Part shown: one piece after another, positions 31,490 through 41,651 of the stretch
Numbering within the stretch: position 1 is the stretch's first letter
Layout of the letters: each line of letters opens with the position of its first letter
DNA from: Thermoproteota archaeon
Lineage (GTDB): Archaea > Korarchaeota > Korarchaeia > Korarchaeales > Korarchaeaceae
Length of the DNA: 64,000 nucleotides
Assembly: GCA_027491415.1 (NCBI GenBank)
Contig: JAOZFH010000026.1
Span: 1-64,000, forward strand
Reading direction: 5' to 3'
Made by a program: the position numbers and the translations under genes
Notes under the pieces: model-generated
Told to the model about the DNA's origin: nothing
Databases searched by the model: none
What the model saw: the letters and a program-made list of their open reading frames with translations, nothing else

Positions 31490-32737
31490 GTGCCGGTGTT
31501 GGCTGTGGGACGGGTCGTCAAGGCGGTCATTATCCTGGCCGCGGCCCTCTTCGTGCTCAGCGTCGAAGTCCACTATTCCCCCATAAGTCTGGCGATCTCA
31601 CCGGCGCTGGCCGTGCTCTTCGCTTGGGCAGCCTCAGCCTGGACAACTCGGGGAGGGAGATGGAGGGGCCTCGGGCAGGCAGACATCTTGGGGCTGATGG
31701 GTGGAGGGGCGATCGCCTACACGGTCTCGCCGCTTCTGGGGGCCGCCCTGGCCGCCGTCGCAGGGTACAAACCCTGGACGGAGGGCGGAGCCCCCCTCTT
31801 AAGAGTGAATCGAGGTTCGTCGGGGGGAGGGGTCGCGGAGGCGTCGGGGGGGTGTGGCATCCCCGCTCTCCCGCGGGCATTTGAGTCCCTGCTCGTCGTC
31901 GGTCCGGACCTGAGGTCCTCGGCCAGAGTCGCCTTCAGGATGGCGGCGGCCGCCGCGGCCTCCCCCCTCAGGGTTGTGGTGGTGGACACAGCCGGCGTTG
32001 CAAGGGAGGAACTCGACGAGCTGGGTTCTCCGTATGTAGAGGTCGGCCCCGAGGATATGGACCTGGTCAGCCCCACTGCCAGGCCAGAGCACTACCTCAA
32101 GGCCGCGAGCATACTGTCGGCGGCGTGCGGAGGTAACGCCGCGGCGGTCGAGGCCGCGCTGAGGAACAGGTCGCTCGACTCGCTGGCGAGGGACCTCACC
32201 TCTCCGCCCGACCTTAGGACGCTGGCAAGGAGCTTCTCCGGCGGGGTGAGGGTCTCGGTAATAGACGCTATGCCGAGGTTCGGGGCGCTGGTGGTCGACC
32301 TTTCAGCCCTGGAGCCCGCCACGGTCAGAGAGTCGGCCGCCATCTTAGTGGCAATGCAGGGGCTCTCCACAGACTACCCACCCTTCCTCGTGGCTACCGC
32401 GCTGTCAGCTTCTGTGTCTCGGGACGCCGACAGGAGACTCAGGGCCGAGCTGATTGACCTGATCTCCAAGATGTCTGAGAGGGGCCTCATCCTCGCCGTG
32501 GACTCGAGCGCCGATGCGAGGATCTGGGACGCCTTCCCCGTGCTGGTTCTCTGCCCAGGGATGAGGGTCTCCTGGCAGTCTCAAGTTTTGGGGGGGCTCA
32601 GGCTCCTCGACAGAGACAGCCTTCGAGAGCTGAGGAAGCTCGAGAGCGATGAGGTGCTCGTCGTCTGGGGGAGTCCGCCCAAGAGAGCGAGGATTAAGCT
32701 CAGAGATATCAGGCCCCTGGCCAGTCGGAGAGAGTAA
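31490..32737 (+). CDS. Membrane-anchored protein with degenerate HerA/VirB4-like P-loop domain
   Basis: 3-4 N-terminal TM helices; LLVVG, VVVVDTAG and LVVDLS strands but no Walker A Lys. Confidence 0.5.
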   Translation: MPVLAVGRVVKAVIILAAALFVLSVEVHYSPISLAISPALAVLFAWAASAWTTRGGRWRGLGQADILGLMGGGAIAYTVSPLLGAALAAVAGYKPWTEGGAPLLRVNRGSSGGGVAEASGGCGIPALPRAFESLLVVGPDLRSSARVAFRMAAAAAASPLRVVVVDTAGVAREELDELGSPYVEVGPEDMDLVSPTARPEHYLKAASILSAACGGNAAAVEAALRNRSLDSLARDLTSPPDLRTLARSFSGGVRVSVIDAMPRFGALVVDLSALEPATVRESAAILVAMQGLSTDYPPFLVATALSASVSRDADRRLRAELIDLISKMSERGLILAVDSSADARIWDAFPVLVLCPGMRVSWQSQVLGGLRLLDRDSLRELRKLESDEVLVVWGSPPKRARIKLRDIRPLASRRE

Positions 32738-33872
32738 CCGCCGACCTGACCAGCCTTGTGGGAAGGATCAACGACGCTAGGTCCCAGACCGGCGCGTATT
32801 TCATCAGGAGGGTGGCGATCCTCCTGAACCTCAGCGCCCTGCCCAGGATCGGCGCTATGTGGGCCCTCATCGCCGACTCGTAGGCCGCCCCCCCTCCGCC
32901 GTCGGCTATAGAACTCCCGGCCAGCGCGCCCGATATCATCCCTGTGTTTATTCCGCCCCCGTTGGAGGGTATGCACGTCCCCGCGGCGTCACCCGCAAGG
33001 AGAAGCCGACCGACGTGAAGGCGGTCCCTGAGGCCAGCCACGGGGAGGATCCTGCCCCTTAGGTCATCCTCGGGCGAAGAGTCGGATAGCTGAGGGAGCC
33101 TGGCGACAAGGTTCGAGAAGTACTCGGCCGCCGAGCGGGGGGAGGGGAGAGGGTAACCCAGCCCCACGTTTGCGGTCCCCCTCCCCCTCGGGATTATCCA
33201 GGCGTACCCGCCGGGCGCCACCCTGGAGTCGACCCACATGAGCAGGCGGTCCTCGGGGTACCTCACCCGAGACCTCTTCTGGTTGACCGCCAGGGCCACC
33301 TCCCGATACGGACCCAGGCCCGCGGATCTGGCGGCGGTGGAGAAGACCCCGTCCGCGGCCACGAGCCAGTCCACGTACAGGGAGGTGGCCTCCCTCCCCC
33401 CTTTGAGGATGAGCCTCACGCCGTCCCTCTGAAGCTCGACCCCGGACACGGTGGTTCCCAGCTTGAGCTCTGAGCCAAGCCTCTCGGCCCGACGAGCGGC
33501 TGCGCGGAGGAATCTGGCCCTGTCGAAGACCCTGGAGGGAAACTCCAGCTCGACGACCCTCCTCGATCCAAGCCTGAGTTCCAGGACGTCGATCCTCGTC
33601 AGAGTGGTCCTCGGAAGATCCAGGAGTTCATACGTGTAGTCGACGACCCACCACAGGTGCTCGGGGAGGATGGACCTCGCCCACTCTGGCTCCGGAATGA
33701 ACTCGCCGCAGATCGTGGGTCTGCCGGGCTCTCGCTCTCGGGATATCAGGACCACATCGAGACCCCTCTCGGCGAGGAGATTCGCCGCCGTGACCCCCGT
33801 CGGCCCGGCCCCCACCACGGCAACGTGGCGCCTCTCCCGGCTCACCCCTACCCTCTCCCACGGTGGGAACAA
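32709..33872 (-). CDS. Geranylgeranyl reductase family flavoprotein
   Basis: VVGAGPTG, ADG, PGGYAWIIP, GDAAG...GGGI. Confidence 0.88.
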   Translation of the reverse strand: MFPPWERVGVSRERRHVAVVGAGPTGVTAANLLAERGLDVVLISREREPGRPTICGEFIPEPEWARSILPEHLWWVVDYTYELLDLPRTTLTRIDVLELRLGSRRVVELEFPSRVFDRARFLRAAARRAERLGSELKLGTTVSGVELQRDGVRLILKGGREATSLYVDWLVAADGVFSTAARSAGLGPYREVALAVNQKRSRVRYPEDRLLMWVDSRVAPGGYAWIIPRGRGTANVGLGYPLPSPRSAAEYFSNLVARLPQLSDSSPEDDLRGRILPVAGLRDRLHVGRLLLAGDAAGTCIPSNGGGINTGMISGALAGSSIADGGGGAAYESAMRAHIAPILGRALRFRRIATLLMKYAPVWDLASLILPTRLVRSAVTLSDWPGA

Positions 33873-33901
33873 AAATTGAGAAAGAGGGAGACAGCGGGCA
33901 A

Positions 33902-35614
33902 TCAGGACTTCTTCCAGAGGTGCATGAAGGGCGCGTAGGTCCTCTTGTAGGGCTCTCCGGCCTCGAGCTTCTTCACGTCCCTCCTGTACTTGCTCTCAGG
34001 CCCGATCATCTTGGCCCCGTGGGTCCTGGCGTACTCCTCCAAGGGGACCCCGTGCCGTCTCTGGATGTAGTCCCTGTAGAGGTCCGGCAGGACGTTGAAC
34101 GTGCAGAACGGGATCACCCTCCCGTCGGGCGAGAGGTAGTGGATGTTGCACCTCATAACCCTCTGCACATCGTAGTTGTAGAGGTCCATGAAGTGCATCA
34201 TGCCGAGAAACAGCGACTTGTAGTGGAACTCCGCCAGGGCATCGTAGTTCCTTCTGAGGAGGACATGCCTCATGAGCGCCAGCACGTTGATTCCCTCGGG
34301 CTGCCTCTCTCTGTCGATGAACCTGGAGAGGTTGGCGGCGATCTTGAGGAGCGTCACCCACCTGTTGGCGCCGGCCCTGAGTTCCTCTACCTTCTCCAGC
34401 ACGTACTCCCTGAATCCCTCTACGTCTATGAAGTCGGTTATCGGGACGAACCTCTTCACGCGCCTCTCCCCGTCGACCCGTTCGAACTCGGGGAACACGT
34501 ACGTCGCCGCCCCGCACGCCGGGTGATTGGTCATCTTGAACTGGGGCTTGCCGGTCAGGGCCTCAACCAGGTCGCTGAAGAAGGTCACGAATGGCACGGG
34601 GTACCAGGCGTCCATCGGGATCTGGCCGTTGGTCTGCTCCTCGATGAGCCTTATCACGTCGGGGATCGTGATCCTCAGCCTCTCCCTCTCTGACCTAGGC
34701 ACCCTGCCGGTCAGGGAGATGGGCTGGAAGTTCACCCCCCTGATGACGTCGATGTTCAGGGCCGCGAAGCGAATGATGTCTCCGAGCTCGTGTGTGTTGA
34801 ACCCGTTTATCACGGTGGGAACGAGCACTATGCTGGTCATGCCCGACTCCCTGGCTATGTCGAGGATGTAGGGGATCTCCCAGTGGTTCTTCACGTTGGT
34901 CTTCGGGCTGACCCCGTCGAAGCTCAGGTACATCGTGTTGACTCCGGCCTGCCTGACCTGCCTCATCAGCTCAGGCTTCTGTAGGAACGTTATGCCGTGG
35001 GTGTTGAGCTGGATGTGCCTTACACCCTCCCCCTTGATCATCCTGATGATGTCGACCAGATCCTCCCTCAGCGTGGGTTCGCCCCCAGTTAACTGGACGG
35101 CCAGACCTGGAACGGGCCTCTCTCTCCTGAGAACCCTCACCATCTGCCTAATCTGCTCCAGAGACGGTTCGTAGACAAATCCAGCCCTCTCCGCGTAGAA
35201 GAAGCAGTACCAGCAGTCGAGGTTGCACCTGTTGGTCAGCACTATGTTCGCGAGGGCGGTCATATCGCCGTGGGCCGGGCAGAGGCCGCAGCTGAACGGA
35301 CACGGGGCAGTCATGGGGACGATCGGCTCGATCTTCATCGGTGGAACCTCGAAGCGGAACGCCCTCTCGTAGAACCTAGCGTCTCCCCAGTAGAGCTCCT
35401 CAATCTCCCCGTGTTCGGGGCAGACTCTGCGAATGAAGACCTTACCGTCCCTCTCAAAGACCACGGCCGGGAGCAGCCTGTAGCACTCGGGGCACAGCGA
35501 GAGCGTCCTCCTTAGGAGCTTCTCACCCTCCCTCACGGACGGGGTGGGGCCCCCAATTGGTATTTCTCTCTCTGCTACCCTGACAACCCTCTCTGCGACG
35601 CTCTGTTCTACCAT
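33902..35614 (-). CDS. tes: Tetraether lipid synthase Tes (GDGT-MAS, MJ0619 family radical SAM)
   Basis: SLCPEC...CPEHG rubredoxin-like site, CPFSCGLC, NRCNLDCWYCF, RCNIHY...IPFC. Confidence 0.9.
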   Translation of the reverse strand: MVEQSVAERVVRVAEREIPIGGPTPSVREGEKLLRRTLSLCPECYRLLPAVVFERDGKVFIRRVCPEHGEIEELYWGDARFYERAFRFEVPPMKIEPIVPMTAPCPFSCGLCPAHGDMTALANIVLTNRCNLDCWYCFFYAERAGFVYEPSLEQIRQMVRVLRRERPVPGLAVQLTGGEPTLREDLVDIIRMIKGEGVRHIQLNTHGITFLQKPELMRQVRQAGVNTMYLSFDGVSPKTNVKNHWEIPYILDIARESGMTSIVLVPTVINGFNTHELGDIIRFAALNIDVIRGVNFQPISLTGRVPRSERERLRITIPDVIRLIEEQTNGQIPMDAWYPVPFVTFFSDLVEALTGKPQFKMTNHPACGAATYVFPEFERVDGERRVKRFVPITDFIDVEGFREYVLEKVEELRAGANRWVTLLKIAANLSRFIDRERQPEGINVLALMRHVLLRRNYDALAEFHYKSLFLGMMHFMDLYNYDVQRVMRCNIHYLSPDGRVIPFCTFNVLPDLYRDYIQRRHGVPLEEYARTHGAKMIGPESKYRRDVKKLEAGEPYKRTYAPFMHLWKKS

Positions 35615-35791
35615 ATTTCACCAACTCCCTCCGCCCGCCCCTCGAGCGGGCTGGCGGGCAGATTTCCACTATCCCCCCTCGATAAGTAATTAAAGTCTGT
35701 CGGGCCTTTTGACACTCTGTAGCACGAAGTTGACGACAGAGAGATCGTATTTTCCCATCATCACCGTTAAGAGTTTTCCGGAGGTGCGAGG

Positions 35792-36430
35792 TTGAAAGGT
35801 CGTCGTCGGGCTATTGCGCTCCGGCTCGCAGCGGAGGCAGCCGCTCTGAACTCCGGAGGGGTCGGCGAGGCCGAGGAACTCGAGGCCATCGCCGCCGCCC
35901 TTGCCAGGGGCACGCGGCCGACTGTGAAGACGAAGCGAGGGGAGGTCTTCACCAGAATCTGTGAAGCATACGCATCTGGATGGGAGGACCTCTCCAGGCT
36001 GACGGACAGCCTGTTCGAAGAGCTGGATCCCGGGTTGAGGGCGGCCCTCACGGTCTTGCTCGTGGACCTCGCGCCAGAGTTCGAGGGGCGCGCCATGGAC
36101 TCGGCCGTGAAGTGGCTCGAGCGGGTGGAACCGGACCTCCGTGTGGCGGCGGTCAAGGTCTTGGGGGCGCTCGCGGAGCTTGGAAGCAGGAGAGCGCTTG
36201 AAAGGGTTCTGAAGGTACTGAAGGCCGAGTGGGAGGTCAAGAAGGTTCGCCTCGCGGCGCTCGGGAGCCTCCTAGGCATAGCGGAGTCGAGGCCCGAGGT
36301 CGGGGAGGTGATCACCTCCGAGCTGGGGGCCGCGCTGAGTAAGGAGAGAGACCCGGAGGTGCGGATCGGCATCCTCTCCGCGCTCATCTCCCTGCTAGAG
36401 CGCCGGGCGCCTGAGTCTAGTTTTGATTAA
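35792..36430 (+). CDS. HEAT-repeat protein
   Basis: Repeated helical units PDLRVAAVKVLG, WEVKKVRLAALG, DPEVRIGIL. Confidence 0.65.
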   Translation: MKGRRRAIALRLAAEAAALNSGGVGEAEELEAIAAALARGTRPTVKTKRGEVFTRICEAYASGWEDLSRLTDSLFEELDPGLRAALTVLLVDLAPEFEGRAMDSAVKWLERVEPDLRVAAVKVLGALAELGSRRALERVLKVLKAEWEVKKVRLAALGSLLGIAESRPEVGEVITSELGAALSKERDPEVRIGILSALISLLERRAPESSFD

Positions 36431-36457
36431 AATCTGAGGCTCGTTCCAGACTCCGGG

Positions 36458-37141
36458 GTGGATGCCATGGGGAGGGTGACCTTTCTAGGACACGCAAACG
36501 TGCTGATCGAGTCCGGGGGCGTTAAGGTTCTCTTTGACCCCTGGATACAGGGAAACCCGGCCTACCCCAAGGGCATGGAGGAGCCCGACGGCGTCTTGGC
36601 CTACGTCGTGACCCACGGGCACGGCGACCACGGACTCGAGGACGCCATAAGGCTCTCGAAGAAAAGGGGAGGAAAGGTCGTGGGGATATTTGAGCTGGCG
36701 AACCACGCCTCTGATAGGGGAGCAGACGCCGTGGGGGCGAACATCGGGGGGCCCTTCAAGGTGGGGGACATTGAAGTCATCCTGACCGAGGCGCTCCACA
36801 GCTCCCCCTTGGGGGCGCCGACCGGCGCCGTCGTGAAGTTCCCCGACGGGTTCACGGTCTATCACGCTGGAGACACCGGCATATTCCCGGGGATGAGCCT
36901 GATAGGTGAGCTCTACTCCCCTGAGCTCGCCATCCTGCCCATCGGCGGGCACTTTACCATGGGGCCCAGAGAGGCGGCGAAGGCCCTCGAGCTCCTGGGC
37001 AGTCCGAAGGTCCTGCCCATCCACTACGGGACATTCCCCGTCCTGTGGGGCTCTCCCGACAAGCTCAGGGACGAGATCAGGGCCCGGAAGCTGGATGTGG
37101 AGGTGGTGGAGCTCACTCCTGGGTCTTCAGCGGGGCTTTGA
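36458..37141 (+). CDS. Metal-dependent hydrolase, MBL fold (UPF0173)
   Basis: THGHGDH, YHAGDTG, LPIGGHFTM, PIHYGTF. Confidence 0.9.
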   Translation: MDAMGRVTFLGHANVLIESGGVKVLFDPWIQGNPAYPKGMEEPDGVLAYVVTHGHGDHGLEDAIRLSKKRGGKVVGIFELANHASDRGADAVGANIGGPFKVGDIEVILTEALHSSPLGAPTGAVVKFPDGFTVYHAGDTGIFPGMSLIGELYSPELAILPIGGHFTMGPREAAKALELLGSPKVLPIHYGTFPVLWGSPDKLRDEIRARKLDVEVVELTPGSSAGL

Positions 37142-37188
37142 GCCCCGCCCAGCGGCCTTTTTTAGGTCGGATCGCCGCATTAGGCGAG

Positions 37189-37554
37189 ATGTCCCTGGAG
37201 AACCACGTGGTTGTCGAGTTCTACAACGTCGGGGAGTCTGAGATACTCGACTCCCCCAGGAAGATGGAGGCCATGCTGAGGGAACTCGCGGAGGCGGTGG
37301 GGTTAGAAGTGAAGGCCCTTCACATACATGAGTTCGAGCCGTACGGCGTCAGTTCGCTCTTGCTCACCGAGATGGGATATGTTGCCCTTCACACGTGGCC
37401 AGAACACGATTACGCGACCGTGAACATAGTCGACTTCGCCCCGGGAGAGTCTAACTGGGCGAAGGGGGCCTTGGAGTTCTTGAGGGAGAGGCTGAAGCCG
37501 GAGACCGATAGCATAGTTGAGATAAGCACGGGAAGGGTAAGGAAGAATGGGTGA
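37189..37554 (+). CDS. AdoMet decarboxylase (SpeD/SpeH) homolog lacking the pyruvoyl Ser
   Basis: FEPYGVS...HTWPEHDYA fold motifs; ESH replaced by MGY. Confidence 0.8.
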   Translation: MSLENHVVVEFYNVGESEILDSPRKMEAMLRELAEAVGLEVKALHIHEFEPYGVSSLLLTEMGYVALHTWPEHDYATVNIVDFAPGESNWAKGALEFLRERLKPETDSIVEISTGRVRKNG

Positions 37555-38644
37555 TCCCGCCGCCTATCTCCGGGGGAGATCCCCCAGAGAGGCCCTGAGG
37601 AGGGCCTTCGAGCTCTTCTCCCGCTACGACATGGAGTCCACCGTCAAGGCGGCGGGCACGGTGTACGGGAGAAAGTCACCGGAAGAGGGACGACTCTCGT
37701 GGGAGTTGGTTCACAGGCTGTCCTTCTTTCAGTACGAGGTTCTAGCGTACAGGCTCCACCAGATTGGAAGCCTAAGAGGACTCATTAAGGAGGTCCCCCT
37801 CATACCGGAGAGGGCGCTCAACCTGGCCAGGTCGCTCGAGGAGGTCGGCCTCGTTGAAATCGGCTCAAACGGGGAGGTCGAGTTCAGGGCCAACCCGTTC
37901 GGCAGGACCTCTCCGGACCCTGGCGTCCTCGGACTGGTGCCCCAGATAGATGTGAACTACGAGTTCGACCAGCTCCAAGTGTCGAAGGAGAGCCTCCTCG
38001 AGAGGATTGCGGAGATCGCGTCTGACGTCCCACTCGACGGCAAGAGCGTCGCGGTGATGGGGGATGACGACTTCCAGAGCGTGTTGCTCGCTGCCAGCTT
38101 TGACGTCAGCGTAACCGTGTTCGAGCTCGACGAGCGGGTCATTCGGAGGATAGAGGGCATAGCGAGGCAGGAGGGGCTCAGCATCAATGTGGTGAAGCAC
38201 GACCTGACAAAACCACTTCCGGAGGATCTGCGAGACAGGCACGACGTCTTCGTGGCCGATCCGACGTACACCCTCCCCGGGGTCCAGACCTTCACGCTGA
38301 GGGGTTGGGAGGCGCTGGTAAAGGAGAGGGGGCGCAGGGGATACGTCTGCCTCCTGCCCGACGAACTCGGGTCCCACATCAGCCGGGTGTTCAGGAGCTT
38401 CGGGGAGATGGGCTTTGCGGTCGAGAGGGTCGTCGTTGGACTCAACCACTATCTAGTCGCGAGAGACAGCCCCATCTACTGGCTCGCGGAAGAGGTCGCC
38501 AAGGCGATGGGCAGACCGAACCTGGCGGACTCCGTGGCGGGCTACTCAAGCAACCTCTACGTCTTGGTGCTCACGGAGCCGCGCGCCGCCGAGGGATTCC
38601 GTCCCGCCCAGTGGCCAATCTACGACTACTTCCCGACCGAGTGA
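37547..38644 (+). CDS. bpsA: Branched-chain polyamine synthase (BpsA/DUF43 family)
   Basis: EFDQ, VMGDDD, ELDER, HDL..PLP, DPTYT motifs. Confidence 0.8.
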   Translation: MGDPAAYLRGRSPREALRRAFELFSRYDMESTVKAAGTVYGRKSPEEGRLSWELVHRLSFFQYEVLAYRLHQIGSLRGLIKEVPLIPERALNLARSLEEVGLVEIGSNGEVEFRANPFGRTSPDPGVLGLVPQIDVNYEFDQLQVSKESLLERIAEIASDVPLDGKSVAVMGDDDFQSVLLAASFDVSVTVFELDERVIRRIEGIARQEGLSINVVKHDLTKPLPEDLRDRHDVFVADPTYTLPGVQTFTLRGWEALVKERGRRGYVCLLPDELGSHISRVFRSFGEMGFAVERVVVGLNHYLVARDSPIYWLAEEVAKAMGRPNLADSVAGYSSNLYVLVLTEPRAAEGFRPAQWPIYDYFPTE

Positions 38645-39959
38645 CCGTTGACGTGACCTCCAGCGGCTTCACCTCCCTCTTGGCCAGTACCCTGCCCACC
38701 AGGTAGGTGGGCCTGGCCTCCTCGATGACCACGTCGTAGAAGCTGCCGAGCTCCACGTCGGGCCCCACCAAGGCAACGGGTCTGTAGAAGTCCGTCCTGC
38801 CCTGGTACCCCTTGGGGCCACGCTCCAAGGCGAGGACCGTGAGTTCATCGCCAACGTAGGCCTCATTCCCCCTACGGCTGATCTCTTTGACGAGCTCGGA
38901 AATCAGTCTGCTTCTCCGTTTGACGGTCGCAGGATTGGGGGACTTCCACCTTGAGGCCGGAGTGCCCGGCCTGGGTCCGTATCTGCTTATGTTCACGACA
39001 TCCGGCCTCGTCCTCTCCAGCAGCCCGACGGTCATCTCGAAGTCGTCCTCGGTCTCCCCGGGGAAGCCCACGATTACGTCGGTGGCCAGGGTGGTGTCGC
39101 GAAAGGCGGCCCGGAACTTCGAAACCAGCCTCTCGAACAGCTCGGCCCTGTAACCCCTGGCCATCCTCTTCAGCACGTCATCGCTCCCGCTCTGCACGGG
39201 AACGTGCAAGAACCGATACACCCGCGGGTCCCTCATGGTGACAAGGAGGTCGTCGATCACCCTCGCGAGCGTGTTCGGGTTGGCCATCCCCACCCGCAGC
39301 CTGTATTCGCCGGGGATCTCCAAGATCCTCTCGAGCAGCCCCGGCAAGGTCCAGCCGGTGTCCCAACCGTAGGCAGCCGTATCCTGAGCCGTTATCAGAA
39401 GCTCCACCGCACCTCCGGAGAGTAGTTCCCTGGCCCTCTCGACGATCGCGTCCGGAAGGAAGCTCTTCAGCCTTCCCCGGGCGAGTCTGGTGATGCAGAA
39501 GGTGCAGGCCCCCAGGCAGCCCTCCGCTATGGGCAGGGGAGCCGAGATAACCTTACCACGAGTCCTCGGCAAGCCCGCCTTGTCGAGCGGATCTCTCTCG
39601 AGGAACTCGGCCCTCTCCCCGCGCAGGGCAATCTCAACGGCGTCTACCACCCTGTGCACCGACTTAGGCCCGAGGAGGACCTTTGCGTAGGGTCTGAGCC
39701 TCCCCGGCTGGGTGAGGGCCATGCAGCCGGCGGCTACCACCGGCCGACCAATGCACGCCAGCCGGGAGATCCGGTGCGCCATCCTGTCCTCGGTGGGCTT
39801 CTTTACGTTGCAGGTGTTGAGGATTATCACGTCTGCCGCCTGGGGGGACTCCACCAGCTGAAATCCGGCGCGCTCGAGCAGCGCCGCCATGATGTCGGAG
39901 TCCGCCCTGTTCGCGGTGCAACCGTGAGTCTCTATGTACACCCTCCGGAGGCCGCCCAT
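38571..39959 (-). CDS. tRNA t6A37 methylthiotransferase (MiaB-like, archaeal MtaB/CDKAL1 type)
   Basis: THGCTAN, NTCNVK, EGCLGACTFC, IVGFPGET, C-terminal TRAM. Confidence 0.9.
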   Translation of the reverse strand: MGGLRRVYIETHGCTANRADSDIMAALLERAGFQLVESPQAADVIILNTCNVKKPTEDRMAHRISRLACIGRPVVAAGCMALTQPGRLRPYAKVLLGPKSVHRVVDAVEIALRGERAEFLERDPLDKAGLPRTRGKVISAPLPIAEGCLGACTFCITRLARGRLKSFLPDAIVERARELLSGGAVELLITAQDTAAYGWDTGWTLPGLLERILEIPGEYRLRVGMANPNTLARVIDDLLVTMRDPRVYRFLHVPVQSGSDDVLKRMARGYRAELFERLVSKFRAAFRDTTLATDVIVGFPGETEDDFEMTVGLLERTRPDVVNISRYGPRPGTPASRWKSPNPATVKRRSRLISELVKEISRRGNEAYVGDELTVLALERGPKGYQGRTDFYRPVALVGPDVELGSFYDVVIEEARPTYLVGRVLAKREVKPLEVTSTVTRSGSSRRLATGRDGIPRRRAAP

Positions 39960-40016
39960 TCCGACGCGGCGCCGCCTGTCCGGGTTAATAAGGAGGCGCG
40001 CCCGCCAGGGCCGAGG

Positions 40017-40337
40017 CTAATCCGACTCCTCCTCAGAGACCGAGGTGACGCCGTCAAGGCTGGCTATGTTCCCGCCGTAGTACTTGACCACTCGGCTTAT
40101 CTCCTCGTAGTCGAGGTCCTCCCCGTCCAAGATGACCTTGAGCCTCTCTATGTTGGTGTCGTAATCCTGAACATCTATCTCAACCCTCGAGACCCCAGGA
40201 AGTTCATTGAGGGCCTCTGCCAGTTCGATTATGGTGGGATTGTGCGGCTTCACGATGTCCAGAACCAGTCTGACTATGCGTACCTCCTTCTCCTCTACCT
40301 GCGAGTCCTCTTCCGCAGACGACCTAGAGCCGAACAC
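40017..40337 (-). CDS. DUF211 family protein
   Basis: RLVLDIVKPHNP...GGNIASLDGV; start estimated. Confidence 0.8.
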   Translation of the reverse strand: MFGSRSSAEEDSQVEEKEVRIVRLVLDIVKPHNPTIIELAEALNELPGVSRVEIDVQDYDTNIERLKVILDGEDLDYEEISRVVKYYGGNIASLDGVTSVSEEESD

Positions 40338-40411
40338 CGGCCCTCCTTCCCTCCTCCTCGGACCCCCCGAGGGGCACAATATATAAGTTCGGTGCACCAA
40401 GCGCCGCTCAC

Positions 40412-40825
40412 TCAGCAGTCTATCCTCTCGCTTGGGGAAGTTCTTGTGAGCCACCGGGCGGCCGAAAAGATGTCCGCCACTATCTTGTTCACGGTCCGAG
40501 ACTTCCCACCCTTCAGCCGCAGGAGCACCATCTTCCCACGCGCCCTCTCTGGCAGGCGGGCCCTCCTGTCGAATGTCGCGAGGACCAGTATGCCCCTCGC
40601 CAAGCAGTAGTCCACGAGATCCTCAGTTCTCCTCCTCCCCCTGACGGCCGATCTAGGCGCCCAAGCCGCGCCGTAGCCCAAGTAGTTGAGCCTCCTCTGA
40701 ATGGAATAGTAGAGATCCCTCGGAACGGTCCTGTCGAACATAAAGAGCGTCTTGTATATGGGCCTCGCTCGCCGGCCGACCGGGCGACCTCCGGTCTTCG
40801 ACTCTCCCTCAAAGCGAGTGGGCAA
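40412..40825 (-). CDS. Small PIN-like (DUF5615/Mut7-C-like) protein
   Basis: FMFDRTV, LNYLGY, DLVDYCL..GILVLATFD; start uncertain. Confidence 0.5.
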   Translation of the reverse strand: MPTRFEGESKTGGRPVGRRARPIYKTLFMFDRTVPRDLYYSIQRRLNYLGYGAAWAPRSAVRGRRRTEDLVDYCLARGILVLATFDRRARLPERARGKMVLLRLKGGKSRTVNKIVADIFSAARWLTRTSPSERIDC

Positions 40826-41651
40826 CCTTCCTCGCCCTCAGCACCCTGACGCCCAAGTTCTCGAGAATGGCGAGTATCCTCGCCCTCTCCTCTCCCCTGA
40901 GGCCCTTCCAGTCGACTATGGCCGTGTTGGTGGGCCCGCAGCTCCTTCGGAAGGCTTGGGCGATCGCCTCTTCGCTCGCCGCGGAGGCGTCGTGCCTCCT
41001 GAGGATGTGTCCGATGGCCAGCTCCCGGGACTTGATCTGAATCTCCGTGAAGTAGTGGTTGATGTGGGGGCCGCCGAACCCGACCGCCAGCTTGTAACCG
41101 AACGTGGGGCCAGCCTCCTCAGAATTCCTCAAGTCCGTTAGAGCCTGCAGGGATGACTGAACGACGAGCTTGGCCGCCTCCCTTATCTCCCAGTGCTCGG
41201 GCTTGGATCCCACTTCGACAAACGCGAGAGGGGTCTCGAGCGTCGGGCCGTGGTGGGTCGGCTCCTGCGCGGGTTCAAACCCGATCTCCAGAGCCGAGTC
41301 GGCGACGATGCGGAGGAACGCCTTCATGAAGGGCGGGCACGCCGTCGACAGGGCCTCCGGCTCCCCGCCGTAGGGAGCCTGGCCGAAGTTCCCGGACACG
41401 TGCGTCGTGATGACCGGGCTTCCGGGGACCCCGCTGTGCCTGGACAGTATGACTATCAGATCGGCCCCGTCGGCCCCCAGATCGCTCTCGCTCCTTGCGT
41501 ATAGAACCTCACCATCCGGGCGGGACAGCCACGCCCTCACGGAACCCACGCTGAACTCCTCAGAACCAGTCTCGCTCAGGAGCTCCTCGGCCATGAGGTT
41601 TGCGGCAGGATCCACCTTGGAGGCGACGAAGGCCACCCTCTCCAGCCTCAC
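40809..41651 (-). CDS. dtdA: D-aminoacyl-tRNA deacylase (archaeal DTD2)
   Basis: LSRHS, TTHVSGN, EPTHHGP, FVEVGS, GFGGPH. Confidence 0.92.
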   Translation of the reverse strand: MRLERVAFVASKVDPAANLMAEELLSETGSEEFSVGSVRAWLSRPDGEVLYARSESDLGADGADLIVILSRHSGVPGSPVITTHVSGNFGQAPYGGEPEALSTACPPFMKAFLRIVADSALEIGFEPAQEPTHHGPTLETPLAFVEVGSKPEHWEIREAAKLVVQSSLQALTDLRNSEEAGPTFGYKLAVGFGGPHINHYFTEIQIKSRELAIGHILRRHDASAASEEAIAQAFRRSCGPTNTAIVDWKGLRGEERARILAILENLGVRVLRARKVAHSL

